From a virus (lineage: Duplodnaviria; Caudoviricetes): a DNA stretch of 54,341 nucleotides. Where the stretch lies: the IMG/VR virus record IMGVR_UViG_3300047509_000095, positions 1 to 54,341 of that record. One strand, written 5' to 3'. A model generated the notes under the pieces. That model made no database searches. It was not told the DNA's origin and was given only the letters and a program-made list of their open reading frames with translations. The number at the start of each line of letters is the position of its first letter. Position 1 is the first letter of the stretch. Made by a program: the position numbers and the translations under genes. Positions 8,670-16,894 of the stretch are shown piece by piece.

Positions 8670-8747
8670 GCTTTTATTTTTATTGCGAAAACGCAATGGG
8701 TTTTGTGGCAATATGCTTGACTAAATGCATGATTGCACGGGGATAAC

Positions 8748-9362
8748 GTGGCCCTGAACGCCAAACAACTGAGGTTTTGCCAAGAATATGTGATCGACTG
8801 CAACGCTACTCAAGCTGCTCACCGCGCTGGGTATAGCCCTCATACAGCCGCATCGCAGGGGGGTCGCCTGTCGCAACATGTTGAAGTTCAAGCGGAAATA
8901 CAGCGTTTAACACGGGAAATAGGCAAGAAAACCGAATTTACTGCGGAAAATGTACTGAGAGAGGTCTGGCGCCTAGCATCGTTTGACCCGCGCAAGCTGT
9001 ACAACGACGATGGCAGTCTGAAAAGCATCACCGAACTGGACGACGACACAGCGGCAGCGATCCAGGGCCTCGAAGTCGAGTACCTGGAGGTGGGTGGTAA
9101 GGTGCAAATGCTTTCCCCTGAGGAAGAATTCCTTGGCGAGGAGCCAGTCAAAGCGCCAAAAGCACGTATCACGACCAAGAAACTGAAGTGGGCCGACAAG
9201 AACACAGCGTTGACCCTGGCCATGAAGCGCTTCGGGTTGCTGGTCGATAAGGTCGAGGCCACGGGCAAAGACGGCAAAGACCTGGTGCCGCCAAGCGACC
9301 CGGTCGAGACCGCAAGACAGATTGCTTTCCTCTTGGCAACAGCAGCGAACAAAGGAGCTTAA
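8748..9362 (+). CDS. terS: Terminase small subunit
   Basis: LNAKQLRFCQEYVIDCNATQAAHRAGYS..TA...G.RL is the Terminase_2 signature; also DK..AL..AMK. Start codon uncertain. Confidence 0.9.
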   Translation: MALNAKQLRFCQEYVIDCNATQAAHRAGYSPHTAASQGGRLSQHVEVQAEIQRLTREIGKKTEFTAENVLREVWRLASFDPRKLYNDDGSLKSITELDDDTAAAIQGLEVEYLEVGGKVQMLSPEEEFLGEEPVKAPKARITTKKLKWADKNTALTLAMKRFGLLVDKVEATGKDGKDLVPPSDPVETARQIAFLLATAANKGA

Positions 9363-9365
9363 CCC

Positions 9366-9509
9366 ATGGCAACGGACAAGAAACCAGCATCGCCGCTCAC
9401 TCAGCGCGTGCCGCCAGTGACGGAAACGATCATGGGCAAAGCCAAACCAGCGGCACCGGGCAAGCCGGGGCAAATGACCACTATCCTCGGAGGCAGCCGT
9501 GGCAAATAA
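9366..9509 (+). CDS. Small hypothetical protein (47 aa; not in the ORF track)
   Basis: AAAGGAG RBS; MATDKKPASP...MTTILGGSRGK fills the gap exactly. Confidence 0.55.
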   Translation: MATDKKPASPLTQRVPPVTETIMGKAKPAAPGKPGQMTTILGGSRGK

Positions 9510-9849
9510 CATCTATTCCCCAGGGCCGCAAACGATTCTCACGTCCTCGTCAACCGGCTCTGGCAGCTGGTATCGCCTGCACCCGCAAGTGCGCAACATC
9601 ACGTTCCAGTGCCTGCAATCGGGCTCAAGCGTCGGCGTGACAGTGGGCAGTACCATCTACATCGAGGTGAGCAACGATGGCGTGAATGCGTTGGCCACGA
9701 AGCCAATCACGGTCGCGTTCAATGGCGCCAGCCCGCAAAGCGATGGCGCCACGCTCGACGCGCACTACGAATACGTGCGCGCCACCTTGAACGCGAGCAC
9801 CACCGGTACGGTCAGCGTGATCGCCTCGGCCCAGTTCGGGAGCCAATGA
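9499..9849 (+). CDS. Ser/Thr-rich putative virion protein (116 aa)
   Basis: GGAGG RBS; beta-rich pattern (IYIEVSNDG..YEYVRA); about 25% Ser+Thr. Confidence 0.65.
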   Translation: MANNIYSPGPQTILTSSSTGSGSWYRLHPQVRNITFQCLQSGSSVGVTVGSTIYIEVSNDGVNALATKPITVAFNGASPQSDGATLDAHYEYVRATLNASTTGTVSVIASAQFGSQ

Positions 9850-11195
9850 TGCGGCGCGCGCTCCCCGCTCTGTTGTTCCTGGCCCAGTGCTGCTATGCGC
9901 AGGTCACGACCAACCCGTCCGTTACGGGCGTCCCCGCGCCGCAGTCCTCGGTCGCGATCACTGGTGGCACGATCAGCAGCACGCCTATCAGCGGCTCCAC
10001 TGGCTCGTTCACCACCCTTACTGCTTCACAGGGCCTCACGCTCCCAACGGTCGAGAACGCGCTCACGGCCGGCGCGGGCGGCACGCAAGCCGGTTGCCTG
10101 GCGCTCAGCTCAACCGCTACGTTTCACAGGATCACGACAGTTGCCTCGAACGCCGATTCGATCTGTTTGCCGACCGCTACAGCCGGTGCGATGCATTACA
10201 TTCGCAATGATGGTTCGAGCGGGAATGCGATCATGGTGTTCGGCACCTCGCCTGACACGATCAACGGCATCGCGACAGCTACTGGCGTGAGCATGTCGGT
10301 CAATCAGGGCGCATGGTTCATCAGCACGGCCAACGGTGCGTGGACAAGTACTGGACCCTTGCTGTTCACGGGCACAGGCGTCGTCGGCGTACGCCAAACG
10401 AGCCCTTCGCTGATCACTCCTGTCCTTGGCGTCGCAGGCGCTACCAGCATGAACTTGACTGGCGGCGGCCTGACATGGACCAATGACAATACCTACAATT
10501 TTGGTGCTGTTGGCGCCAACCGCCCGGCCAACATTTATGCCGGGACCAGTGTCAATGCGCCAGCTATCACGGCCAGCGCAGCGCTAACCGGCGCATCCAC
10601 TAGTTTGACAGGCGGTGGGATCACCTGGGTCAATGACAATACCTATAACATCGGCGCTGCTGGTGCGAACAGGCCAGCGAATATCTACGTGGGTACGAAC
10701 GCAGTCATCGGGGGGACCATCACCGCTGGCGCTATCGCGTCCAATGCATCTGCGCAGTCCGGCTACCTCTGCTACAACACCAGCGGCGGCGTGATCACGT
10801 ACGATGGCGGCGCCACATGCTTGATCTCGTTGGAGGAGTACAAGGATAACCACGGCTATATCACCGGTCCTGATGCCATGAAGGATGTCATGGCCTTGCG
10901 CCCATTCTGGGGCTCGTACAAAACCGACAGTACCTTGCATGACGCGCACGAGCAGCCTTTCCTCGGCGCTCGCCAGGTCGAGTCCGTTGACAAGCGGCTC
11001 GCAGCCTACGGCGAGGACAACGTGCTGCGCTCGGTGCGCTACCAGAACTTGACTGCTGTGCTAGTGGCCGCGATCCAGGAACAGCAGAAACAGATCGATC
11101 GCATGTACTGGTGCTTGATGGCGCTGGCAGCATTCTGTGGCTTCATGTTCGTAACAGTTAGCCGACTGCCTCGGCCACTCCACAGCAGCCAGTAG
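9846..11195 (+). CDS. Fibre-like protein with N-terminal signal peptide, C-terminal peptidase S74 chaperone and TM helix
   Basis: MMRRALPALLFLAQCCYA|Q; Gly/Thr/Ser-rich body with a duplicated DNTYN.GA.GANRPANIY; S-x4-K (SLEEYK), LRP..Y, VRYQNL..VLV.AIQEQQKQI; hydrophobic tail. Confidence 0.7.
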   Translation: MMRRALPALLFLAQCCYAQVTTNPSVTGVPAPQSSVAITGGTISSTPISGSTGSFTTLTASQGLTLPTVENALTAGAGGTQAGCLALSSTATFHRITTVASNADSICLPTATAGAMHYIRNDGSSGNAIMVFGTSPDTINGIATATGVSMSVNQGAWFISTANGAWTSTGPLLFTGTGVVGVRQTSPSLITPVLGVAGATSMNLTGGGLTWTNDNTYNFGAVGANRPANIYAGTSVNAPAITASAALTGASTSLTGGGITWVNDNTYNIGAAGANRPANIYVGTNAVIGGTITAGAIASNASAQSGYLCYNTSGGVITYDGGATCLISLEEYKDNHGYITGPDAMKDVMALRPFWGSYKTDSTLHDAHEQPFLGARQVESVDKRLAAYGEDNVLRSVRYQNLTAVLVAAIQEQQKQIDRMYWCLMALAAFCGFMFVTVSRLPRPLHSSQ

Positions 11196-11221
11196 GCGAG
11201 AAACGTTATAAGGAGATTATC

Positions 11222-11701
11222 ATGCCATTCGGATCAACCAGCATCAGTTCGCTCACGCGTGAGCAATTGCGCAGCCAGATCGTCACGTCCCTCTTCGGCC
11301 GTCGCGCCGGCTTGGACGCTAACGGTTACGAGGTCGGTCATCAAGACTCACGCACACCGATCGACAACATCACGACCACGGCGGCCACGTCGTTGATCCC
11401 GAACGGGTGCAGCGTGCTTAGCGCTACGCCGGCGTCGAGCGCGATCTACACGATGTTCCAGGCCACAGCCGGCGTCTACAAGGAGATCACGCAGATCAGT
11501 ACTCCTGCCGTGGGCTTCCAGATCCAGCTGGGCGACAACGCGCATATTGTCACGACCGCCGGGACATCGTTTAACCAGATCACGATCGGCGGCGTGGGCG
11601 GTGGCATTAACATGTTCTGCATCTCGAGCAGCACAGCAACCGGCCCGATTTGGATCACCGATGGCTACGTAAGCACCGGCACGATCTTCTCGACCTATTA
11701 A
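11222..11701 (+). CDS. Ser/Thr-rich putative virion protein (159 aa)
   Basis: AAGGAG RBS; composition and position in the late operon. Confidence 0.65.
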   Translation: MPFGSTSISSLTREQLRSQIVTSLFGRRAGLDANGYEVGHQDSRTPIDNITTTAATSLIPNGCSVLSATPASSAIYTMFQATAGVYKEITQISTPAVGFQIQLGDNAHIVTTAGTSFNQITIGGVGGGINMFCISSSTATGPIWITDGYVSTGTIFSTY

Positions 11702-11728
11702 TCGAAGTATCTGAGGAGGTATTCGATT

Positions 11729-12562
11729 ATGAGAATTGCACTACTCGGCTCTGCCCCGTCATCCCTGCCCCTGGCTCCGTTCAAGGACGAGAGCTATGCG
11801 GCCTACGCAAACGGCAAACCAAATATCCAACCACCGGCGCCGTTTATCGAGCAGTCGTGGCAAATCTGGGCTTGCTCGCCAGGTGTCTACGGCCGTGTTG
11901 AGCGTTGCGATGCCTACTTCGAACTGCATCGGTGGGAACCGGGCAAGCCGTGGTTCAGTCCCGAGTATTGCCAGTTCCTGCGCGAGTTCAAAGGCCCGGT
12001 CTACACCGGCGGTGTGGTGCCTGAACTGCCAACTGGCGAAGTGTACCCGATCAAGCAGATTGAGGGCGAGTTCAGCTCCTATTTCCTGACCTCAAGCCTG
12101 TCCATGATGTGTGCGCTGGCGATCTACCAACTGGGCCAGCTCGATAAACAATTTGAAGCGGCAGGTGTACCCAAAGAACAGCACACCATCGGCATGTGGG
12201 GCGTGGACATGGCCGCGAACGAGGAGTACGGATATCAGCGTGCCGGCTGCCAGTACTTCATCCTGGAAGCGCTGCGCCGCGGTATCGAGATTTATGTGCC
12301 GCCAGAGTCCGACCTGTTGCGCCCGATGCCTGTCTATGGCATGTGCGAATGGGACCACAACTGGATCAAAGCGACAGTGCGCCTGCAGGAATTGCAGATG
12401 CACGAGAACAACGCCATGCAGTCGATGCGCAACACCGAGCAGACGCTTTCGTTCTTCAAGGGCGCCCGTGAGAACCAGCGCTACAACATGGACACGTGGA
12501 CATCGCCTTACGGCATTCAGTCGGGTCAGTTCATCAAGGCTGTGCAGGTGCCGGACGAATAA
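11729..12562 (+). CDS. Putative Maf/GT42 (CstII)-like nonulosonate glycosyltransferase
   Basis: IALLGSAPSS resembles IxGNGPS. LTSSLSMMCALAI...IGMWGVDM resembles CstII ITSGVYMCAVAI..IYLSGIDF. GAGGAGG RBS. Confidence 0.6.
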   Translation: MRIALLGSAPSSLPLAPFKDESYAAYANGKPNIQPPAPFIEQSWQIWACSPGVYGRVERCDAYFELHRWEPGKPWFSPEYCQFLREFKGPVYTGGVVPELPTGEVYPIKQIEGEFSSYFLTSSLSMMCALAIYQLGQLDKQFEAAGVPKEQHTIGMWGVDMAANEEYGYQRAGCQYFILEALRRGIEIYVPPESDLLRPMPVYGMCEWDHNWIKATVRLQELQMHENNAMQSMRNTEQTLSFFKGARENQRYNMDTWTSPYGIQSGQFIKAVQVPDE

Positions 12563-12564
12563 CC

Positions 12565-14169
12565 ATGAGCGACCTCGACGCGATCATTGCCCGCCTTGCT
12601 GGCCTTCCTGAAAAGGAACGCCAGCAAGTGGCAATGGACGCGGCAAAGGGCGTGCGTGACATGGGCGCCAAGTGGATACCAAATCCCGGGCCGCAGACGG
12701 ATGCCTACTTCAGCAAGGCAGATTGCTTGCTGTACGGCGGCGAGCCGGGCGGGGGCAAGTCCCAACTCTGCCTGGGCCTGGCCTTCAACGAGCACCAGCG
12801 CAGCGTGATCATGCGCCGCAACTACGCGGATCTTGACCGCATCGTCGAGGACGCGCTCAAGATTCACGGATCGCGCGACGGCTTCAACGGCTCGCCACCA
12901 CCTAAACTCAAGATCAGCACCAAGCAGATCATCGACTTCACCGCGGCGAACCACGTCGGCGACGAGCAGGGGCAGATGGGCAAGGGGCGCGATCTGATCT
13001 GCTTCGATGAGGCCACCCACTTTGCCGAGTCCCAGATTCGTTTCGTGATGGGCTGGAACCGCACGGAAGATCCGAATCAACGCTGCCGCGTCATCCTGGC
13101 CACGAATCCGCCTTTGGCGGCCGAGGGATTGTGGGTGCTTGACATGTTCGCGCCATGGCTGGACCCCAAGTTTCCCAACCCCGCCAAGCATGGCGAGCTG
13201 CGCTGGGTGCTATCGGACGAAGACGGCAAAGACATGTGGGTAGATGGCCCTGACGACTGCCGCCAGATCCGGGGCAAGATCATGTACCCGACCTCGCGGA
13301 CCTACATTCCGGCCGCTGTCAAGGACAACCCCTACTATGTCGCATCCGGCTACGAGCAGCAGCTCGACGCCATGCCCGAGCCGTATCGCTCGCTGCTCAT
13401 GGGTGGTTTCCGGACCGCGTTCAAGGACTTGCCGAACCAGATCATCCCCACGAAGTGGGTGCAGATGGCGCAAGAGCGCTGGACCGACAAGCCACCGAAG
13501 GACATCCCGATGTGCACGATGGGTGTTGATGCTTCGGGCGGTGGTGAAGACCCTATGATCATTGCCAGCCGGTACGACGGGTGGTACGCGCCGATTATCG
13601 AGGTGCAGGGCAAGGAGATCCCGATGGACCGCGCCGGGTCATATTGCAGCGGCATCGTGGTGTCCCATCGGCGCGACCGCGCGCTAGTGGTGATCGACAT
13701 GGGCGGCGGGTACGGCGGCCCGATGTACGAGCACTTGCACGCGATCCCGGTCGAGGTGAAGGCGTACAAGGGGGCCGAGGCGACGAACCGGCGCACCAGC
13801 GACGGTAAGATGCGGTTCACGAACAAGCGTAGCGCGGCGCTGTGGGGCTTTCGCGAGGCGTTGGACCCTGGTCAGCCAGGCGGCAGCCCGATTGCCTTGC
13901 CACCGGGCGGCAAGGTGCTGGCTGACCTGACTGCACCAACGTTCGAGGTGACGCCGAACGGGATCAAGGCCGAGCCCAAAGAGAAGGTTTGCGCGCGCCT
14001 CGGCCGCTCGACCAATGAAGGCGACGCCGTGGTCATGTCCTGGTACGAGGGGCCGCGCATGCTGACCGATGCGATGGACTGGATCGACCGCGCCCAGGCT
14101 ATCAAGCCGATGGGCCGTCAGCCGCAAGTCGTGGCCGGCCCGCGCAAACCACTGAGCGCGCGGCGATGA
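12565..14169 (+). CDS. terL: Terminase large subunit
   Basis: PNPGPQT, YGGEPGGGKS (Walker A), ICFDEATHF (Walker B), ATNPP, DNPY, nuclease GVDASGGG.D, RST..GDAVVM. Confidence 0.93.
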   Translation: MSDLDAIIARLAGLPEKERQQVAMDAAKGVRDMGAKWIPNPGPQTDAYFSKADCLLYGGEPGGGKSQLCLGLAFNEHQRSVIMRRNYADLDRIVEDALKIHGSRDGFNGSPPPKLKISTKQIIDFTAANHVGDEQGQMGKGRDLICFDEATHFAESQIRFVMGWNRTEDPNQRCRVILATNPPLAAEGLWVLDMFAPWLDPKFPNPAKHGELRWVLSDEDGKDMWVDGPDDCRQIRGKIMYPTSRTYIPAAVKDNPYYVASGYEQQLDAMPEPYRSLLMGGFRTAFKDLPNQIIPTKWVQMAQERWTDKPPKDIPMCTMGVDASGGGEDPMIIASRYDGWYAPIIEVQGKEIPMDRAGSYCSGIVVSHRRDRALVVIDMGGGYGGPMYEHLHAIPVEVKAYKGAEATNRRTSDGKMRFTNKRSAALWGFREALDPGQPGGSPIALPPGGKVLADLTAPTFEVTPNGIKAEPKEKVCARLGRSTNEGDAVVMSWYEGPRMLTDAMDWIDRAQAIKPMGRQPQVVAGPRKPLSARR

Positions 14170-14615
14170 TCACAATCCGCCCAGTCGTGCCCACCGAGGT
14201 ACTGCCCGAGATCAAGGCGCTGATGGCCGCCCATTGGCGCGAGACAGAGAGCAGCATCGGCGACGGGCCAGACCCACAGGCTGAACTGTATAAGGCCGGC
14301 GAGGATGCGGGTGTGGTCGTCGCCTTCGGCGCCTTCGACGGCGAGACAATGGTGGGGTATGTGACAGTTTTCGTCACATCGCAGATGCACTACGGTTTTC
14401 TGTGCGCGAACCACGACACACTGTTCGTGCACAAGGACTACCGGGGGCGCACCGGTATCGCGCTGGTGCGGGCAGCAGAGAAGGAAAGTGCCTTGAGGGG
14501 GGCGAAGTTTATTGCATGGCATGCAAAGATCGGCAGCGCTTTCGAGCAGCTGCTGCGCCGAATGAATTACCCGAGCGAAGAAATTATCTTCAGGAAGGAA
14601 CTAGCATGCCAGTGA
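14166..14615 (+). CDS. GNAT acetyltransferase
   Basis: DTLFVHKDYRGRTGIAL...E...RG. Confidence 0.75.
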   Translation: MITIRPVVPTEVLPEIKALMAAHWRETESSIGDGPDPQAELYKAGEDAGVVVAFGAFDGETMVGYVTVFVTSQMHYGFLCANHDTLFVHKDYRGRTGIALVRAAEKESALRGAKFIAWHAKIGSAFEQLLRRMNYPSEEIIFRKELACQ

Positions 14616-14947
14616 TCCCATTCATTCCGGCGATGATCACCATTGCGTCGAAGGTCGGCACGCAGAAACTGGTCGACCCTGCCGGCGTCCTCCCCAAGGG
14701 TGTGGCCAAGGTGCTCAACAAAGGCGCCGACCCAGCTGGCATTTTCATGAAGCCCGAGGCCGGCGCAGCGGGAGCAGGCAGCGCGCCGACGGCGCTGGCC
14801 GTTGACAAGCCAACGGTTATGCCAACACCTGACGACAAGACAGTGCAGGACGCCAAGAAGAAATCGATCATCGAGCAGTTATCGAACCGTGGGCGTGCCA
14901 GCACGATCCTGACCGACCAAACCAACGACCAGAAACTGGGAGGCTAG
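14606..14947 (+). CDS. Small pre-portal virion protein
   Basis: C-terminal GRASTILT...LGG motif of the small gene preceding podophage portals. Confidence 0.65.
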   Translation: MPVIPFIPAMITIASKVGTQKLVDPAGVLPKGVAKVLNKGADPAGIFMKPEAGAAGAGSAPTALAVDKPTVMPTPDDKTVQDAKKKSIIEQLSNRGRASTILTDQTNDQKLGG

Positions 14948-14948
14948 C

Positions 14949-16592
14949 ATGGACGCCAAACAGTTGAGCGAGATCGCGACGATGCTCTTTAACAAGAAGA
15001 TGCCGCTGACATCCTTGCACCAAGAGATCGCCGAGAACTTCTACCCCGAGCGCGCTGACTTCACGTTGACACGCTCTATCGGCGCTGACTTCGCTGCCAA
15101 CCTGATGACATCGTATCCGGTGCTGTGCCGGCGCGAGCTGGGCAACCAGTTCAGCACCATGTTGCGCCCCACGGCGCGCCCATGGTTCCACACCGGCATC
15201 CGGCACGTCAAGAACACGGACAACGACACGAAGGGTTACCTCGAATGGTTCCAGGAAGTGCAGCGCAAAGCGATGTACGACCCTATTTCGAAGTTCACGC
15301 GCGCGACCAAGGAAGCCGACCACGACTTCGCGGCCTTCGGCCAGGCCGTCATCTCGGTCGAATTGAACCGCAACGCCGACGGCCTGCTGTATCGCAGCTG
15401 GCACTTGCGCGATGTCGCGTGGCAGGAGAACGAGAACGGCGACATCGGCAGCGTGTTCCGCAAATGGAAGCCCACGGCCCAGATGCTATGCCGACTGTTC
15501 CCGGGCAAGATCGATCCGAAGGTGACGCGCATCTGCGAGAAGTCGCCCTTCGAGGAGATCGAGATTATGCACATGGTCGTCGAGGCCGACATGTACGACG
15601 ACTCGGCGCGCGGGCGGCCGTACTGGTCGGTGTGGTACGACACCACGCACCAGAAGCTGATCGAGGCCACACCGATCTGGAACAAATATTACGTGATCCC
15701 GCGCTGGCAGACCGTGTCGAACAGCCAGTACAGCTACAGCCCCGCTACCGTGGCCGGACTGCCCGACGCGCGCTTGATCCAGGCCATGACGTACACGTTG
15801 CTGGAAGCCGGCGAGAAGGCCACCAACCCGCCGTTGATCGCCACGCAAGACGCAGTGCGCTCGGACGTGTCGGTGTACGCGGGCGGCATCACCTGGGTGG
15901 ACAACGAGTACGACGAGCGGCTCGGCGACGCGCTGCGCCCCATCGCGCAAGACTTCCGGGGGTTCAACTACGGTATCCAGATGAACGAGGCCTCGCGCGC
16001 CATGATCCATCAAGCCTTCTTTCTGGACGCGCTCAAGATGCCCGAGCGCGGCAACGAGATGACGGCGTACGAGGTGGGCCAGCGTGTGCAGGAGTATATC
16101 CGCAATGCGCTGCCGATCTTCGAGCCGATGGAGATGGAGTACAACGCGGCGCTGTGCGACGTGACGTTCGATATCCTCTGGCGTGGCGGCGCGTTCGGCG
16201 ATGCGCGCAGCTGGCCTAAAGCGCTGCGTGGCGCCGAGATCGCGTTCAACTTCGAGAGCCCGCTGCACGACGCCATCGAGCAGCAGAAGGGCCAGAAGTT
16301 TCAAGAGGCCCAAGGCCTTATCTCCGTGGCGATCGGTCTGGACCCATCTTGCGCCTCGGTGCCCAAGGCCGAGGTGGCGCTGCGCGACGCGCTTACCGGC
16401 ATCGGCGTGCCGGCGACCTGGATGAACACCGAGGAGTTCGTCAAGGAAGCCAAGGCCCAGCAGCAACAGGCCCAGCAGGCCCAGCAGGCGCTTGCCGCCA
16501 TGGAGCAAGGGTCCAACGTGGCTAAAAACATCGGCCAGGCTGGCGTGCGTGGCGCCAGCGGCCCGGCTCAAGGGGGGCCGCAGCCAGTATGA
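14949..16592 (+). CDS. Portal (head-tail connector) protein
   Basis: 547 aa; EIAENFYP, P..RPWF, AFGQA, PRW...S.Y.YSP, NPPL, MTAYEV..R..E, F.FESPL. Confidence 0.9.
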   Translation: MDAKQLSEIATMLFNKKMPLTSLHQEIAENFYPERADFTLTRSIGADFAANLMTSYPVLCRRELGNQFSTMLRPTARPWFHTGIRHVKNTDNDTKGYLEWFQEVQRKAMYDPISKFTRATKEADHDFAAFGQAVISVELNRNADGLLYRSWHLRDVAWQENENGDIGSVFRKWKPTAQMLCRLFPGKIDPKVTRICEKSPFEEIEIMHMVVEADMYDDSARGRPYWSVWYDTTHQKLIEATPIWNKYYVIPRWQTVSNSQYSYSPATVAGLPDARLIQAMTYTLLEAGEKATNPPLIATQDAVRSDVSVYAGGITWVDNEYDERLGDALRPIAQDFRGFNYGIQMNEASRAMIHQAFFLDALKMPERGNEMTAYEVGQRVQEYIRNALPIFEPMEMEYNAALCDVTFDILWRGGAFGDARSWPKALRGAEIAFNFESPLHDAIEQQKGQKFQEAQGLISVAIGLDPSCASVPKAEVALRDALTGIGVPATWMNTEEFVKEAKAQQQQAQQAQQALAAMEQGSNVAKNIGQAGVRGASGPAQGGPQPV

Positions 16593-16894
16593 AGCAGCCA
16601 AGAGAAGCGCCAGCGCGGCCTAAGCCTACCCGCGCGCAGGGAGCGCATATCCCTGCCGACTACGGTGCGCCCGAAGTGGCCGCCATCCAGGCGCTCATCG
16701 CCGGGGAGGCCGACGCGTACCAGCAGCAGCTGGCGCTGCGCTGGATCATCGAGCAGGCAAGTGGCGTCTACGAATTCCAGTTTTACCCCACCGATCGCGA
16801 TACATCGTTCGCGCTCGGGCGGGCGCATGTCGGGCAGCAGATTATCAAATTGTCAAAACTTAACGCAATGTCTCTGAGGAGGGACCAAGAATGA
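16589..16894 (+). CDS. Bbp19-like small protein
   Basis: TSFALGRAHVGQQI motif; position between portal and scaffold. Confidence 0.65.
   Translation: MKQPREAPARPKPTRAQGAHIPADYGAPEVAAIQALIAGEADAYQQQLALRWIIEQASGVYEFQFYPTDRDTSFALGRAHVGQQIIKLSKLNAMSLRRDQE

Noticed and set aside
11729-12562. The missing PseG hydrolase
   Set aside because: It lacks the GT-B/PseG N-terminal G.GH..R signature, and its motifs fit the Maf/CstII fold better.
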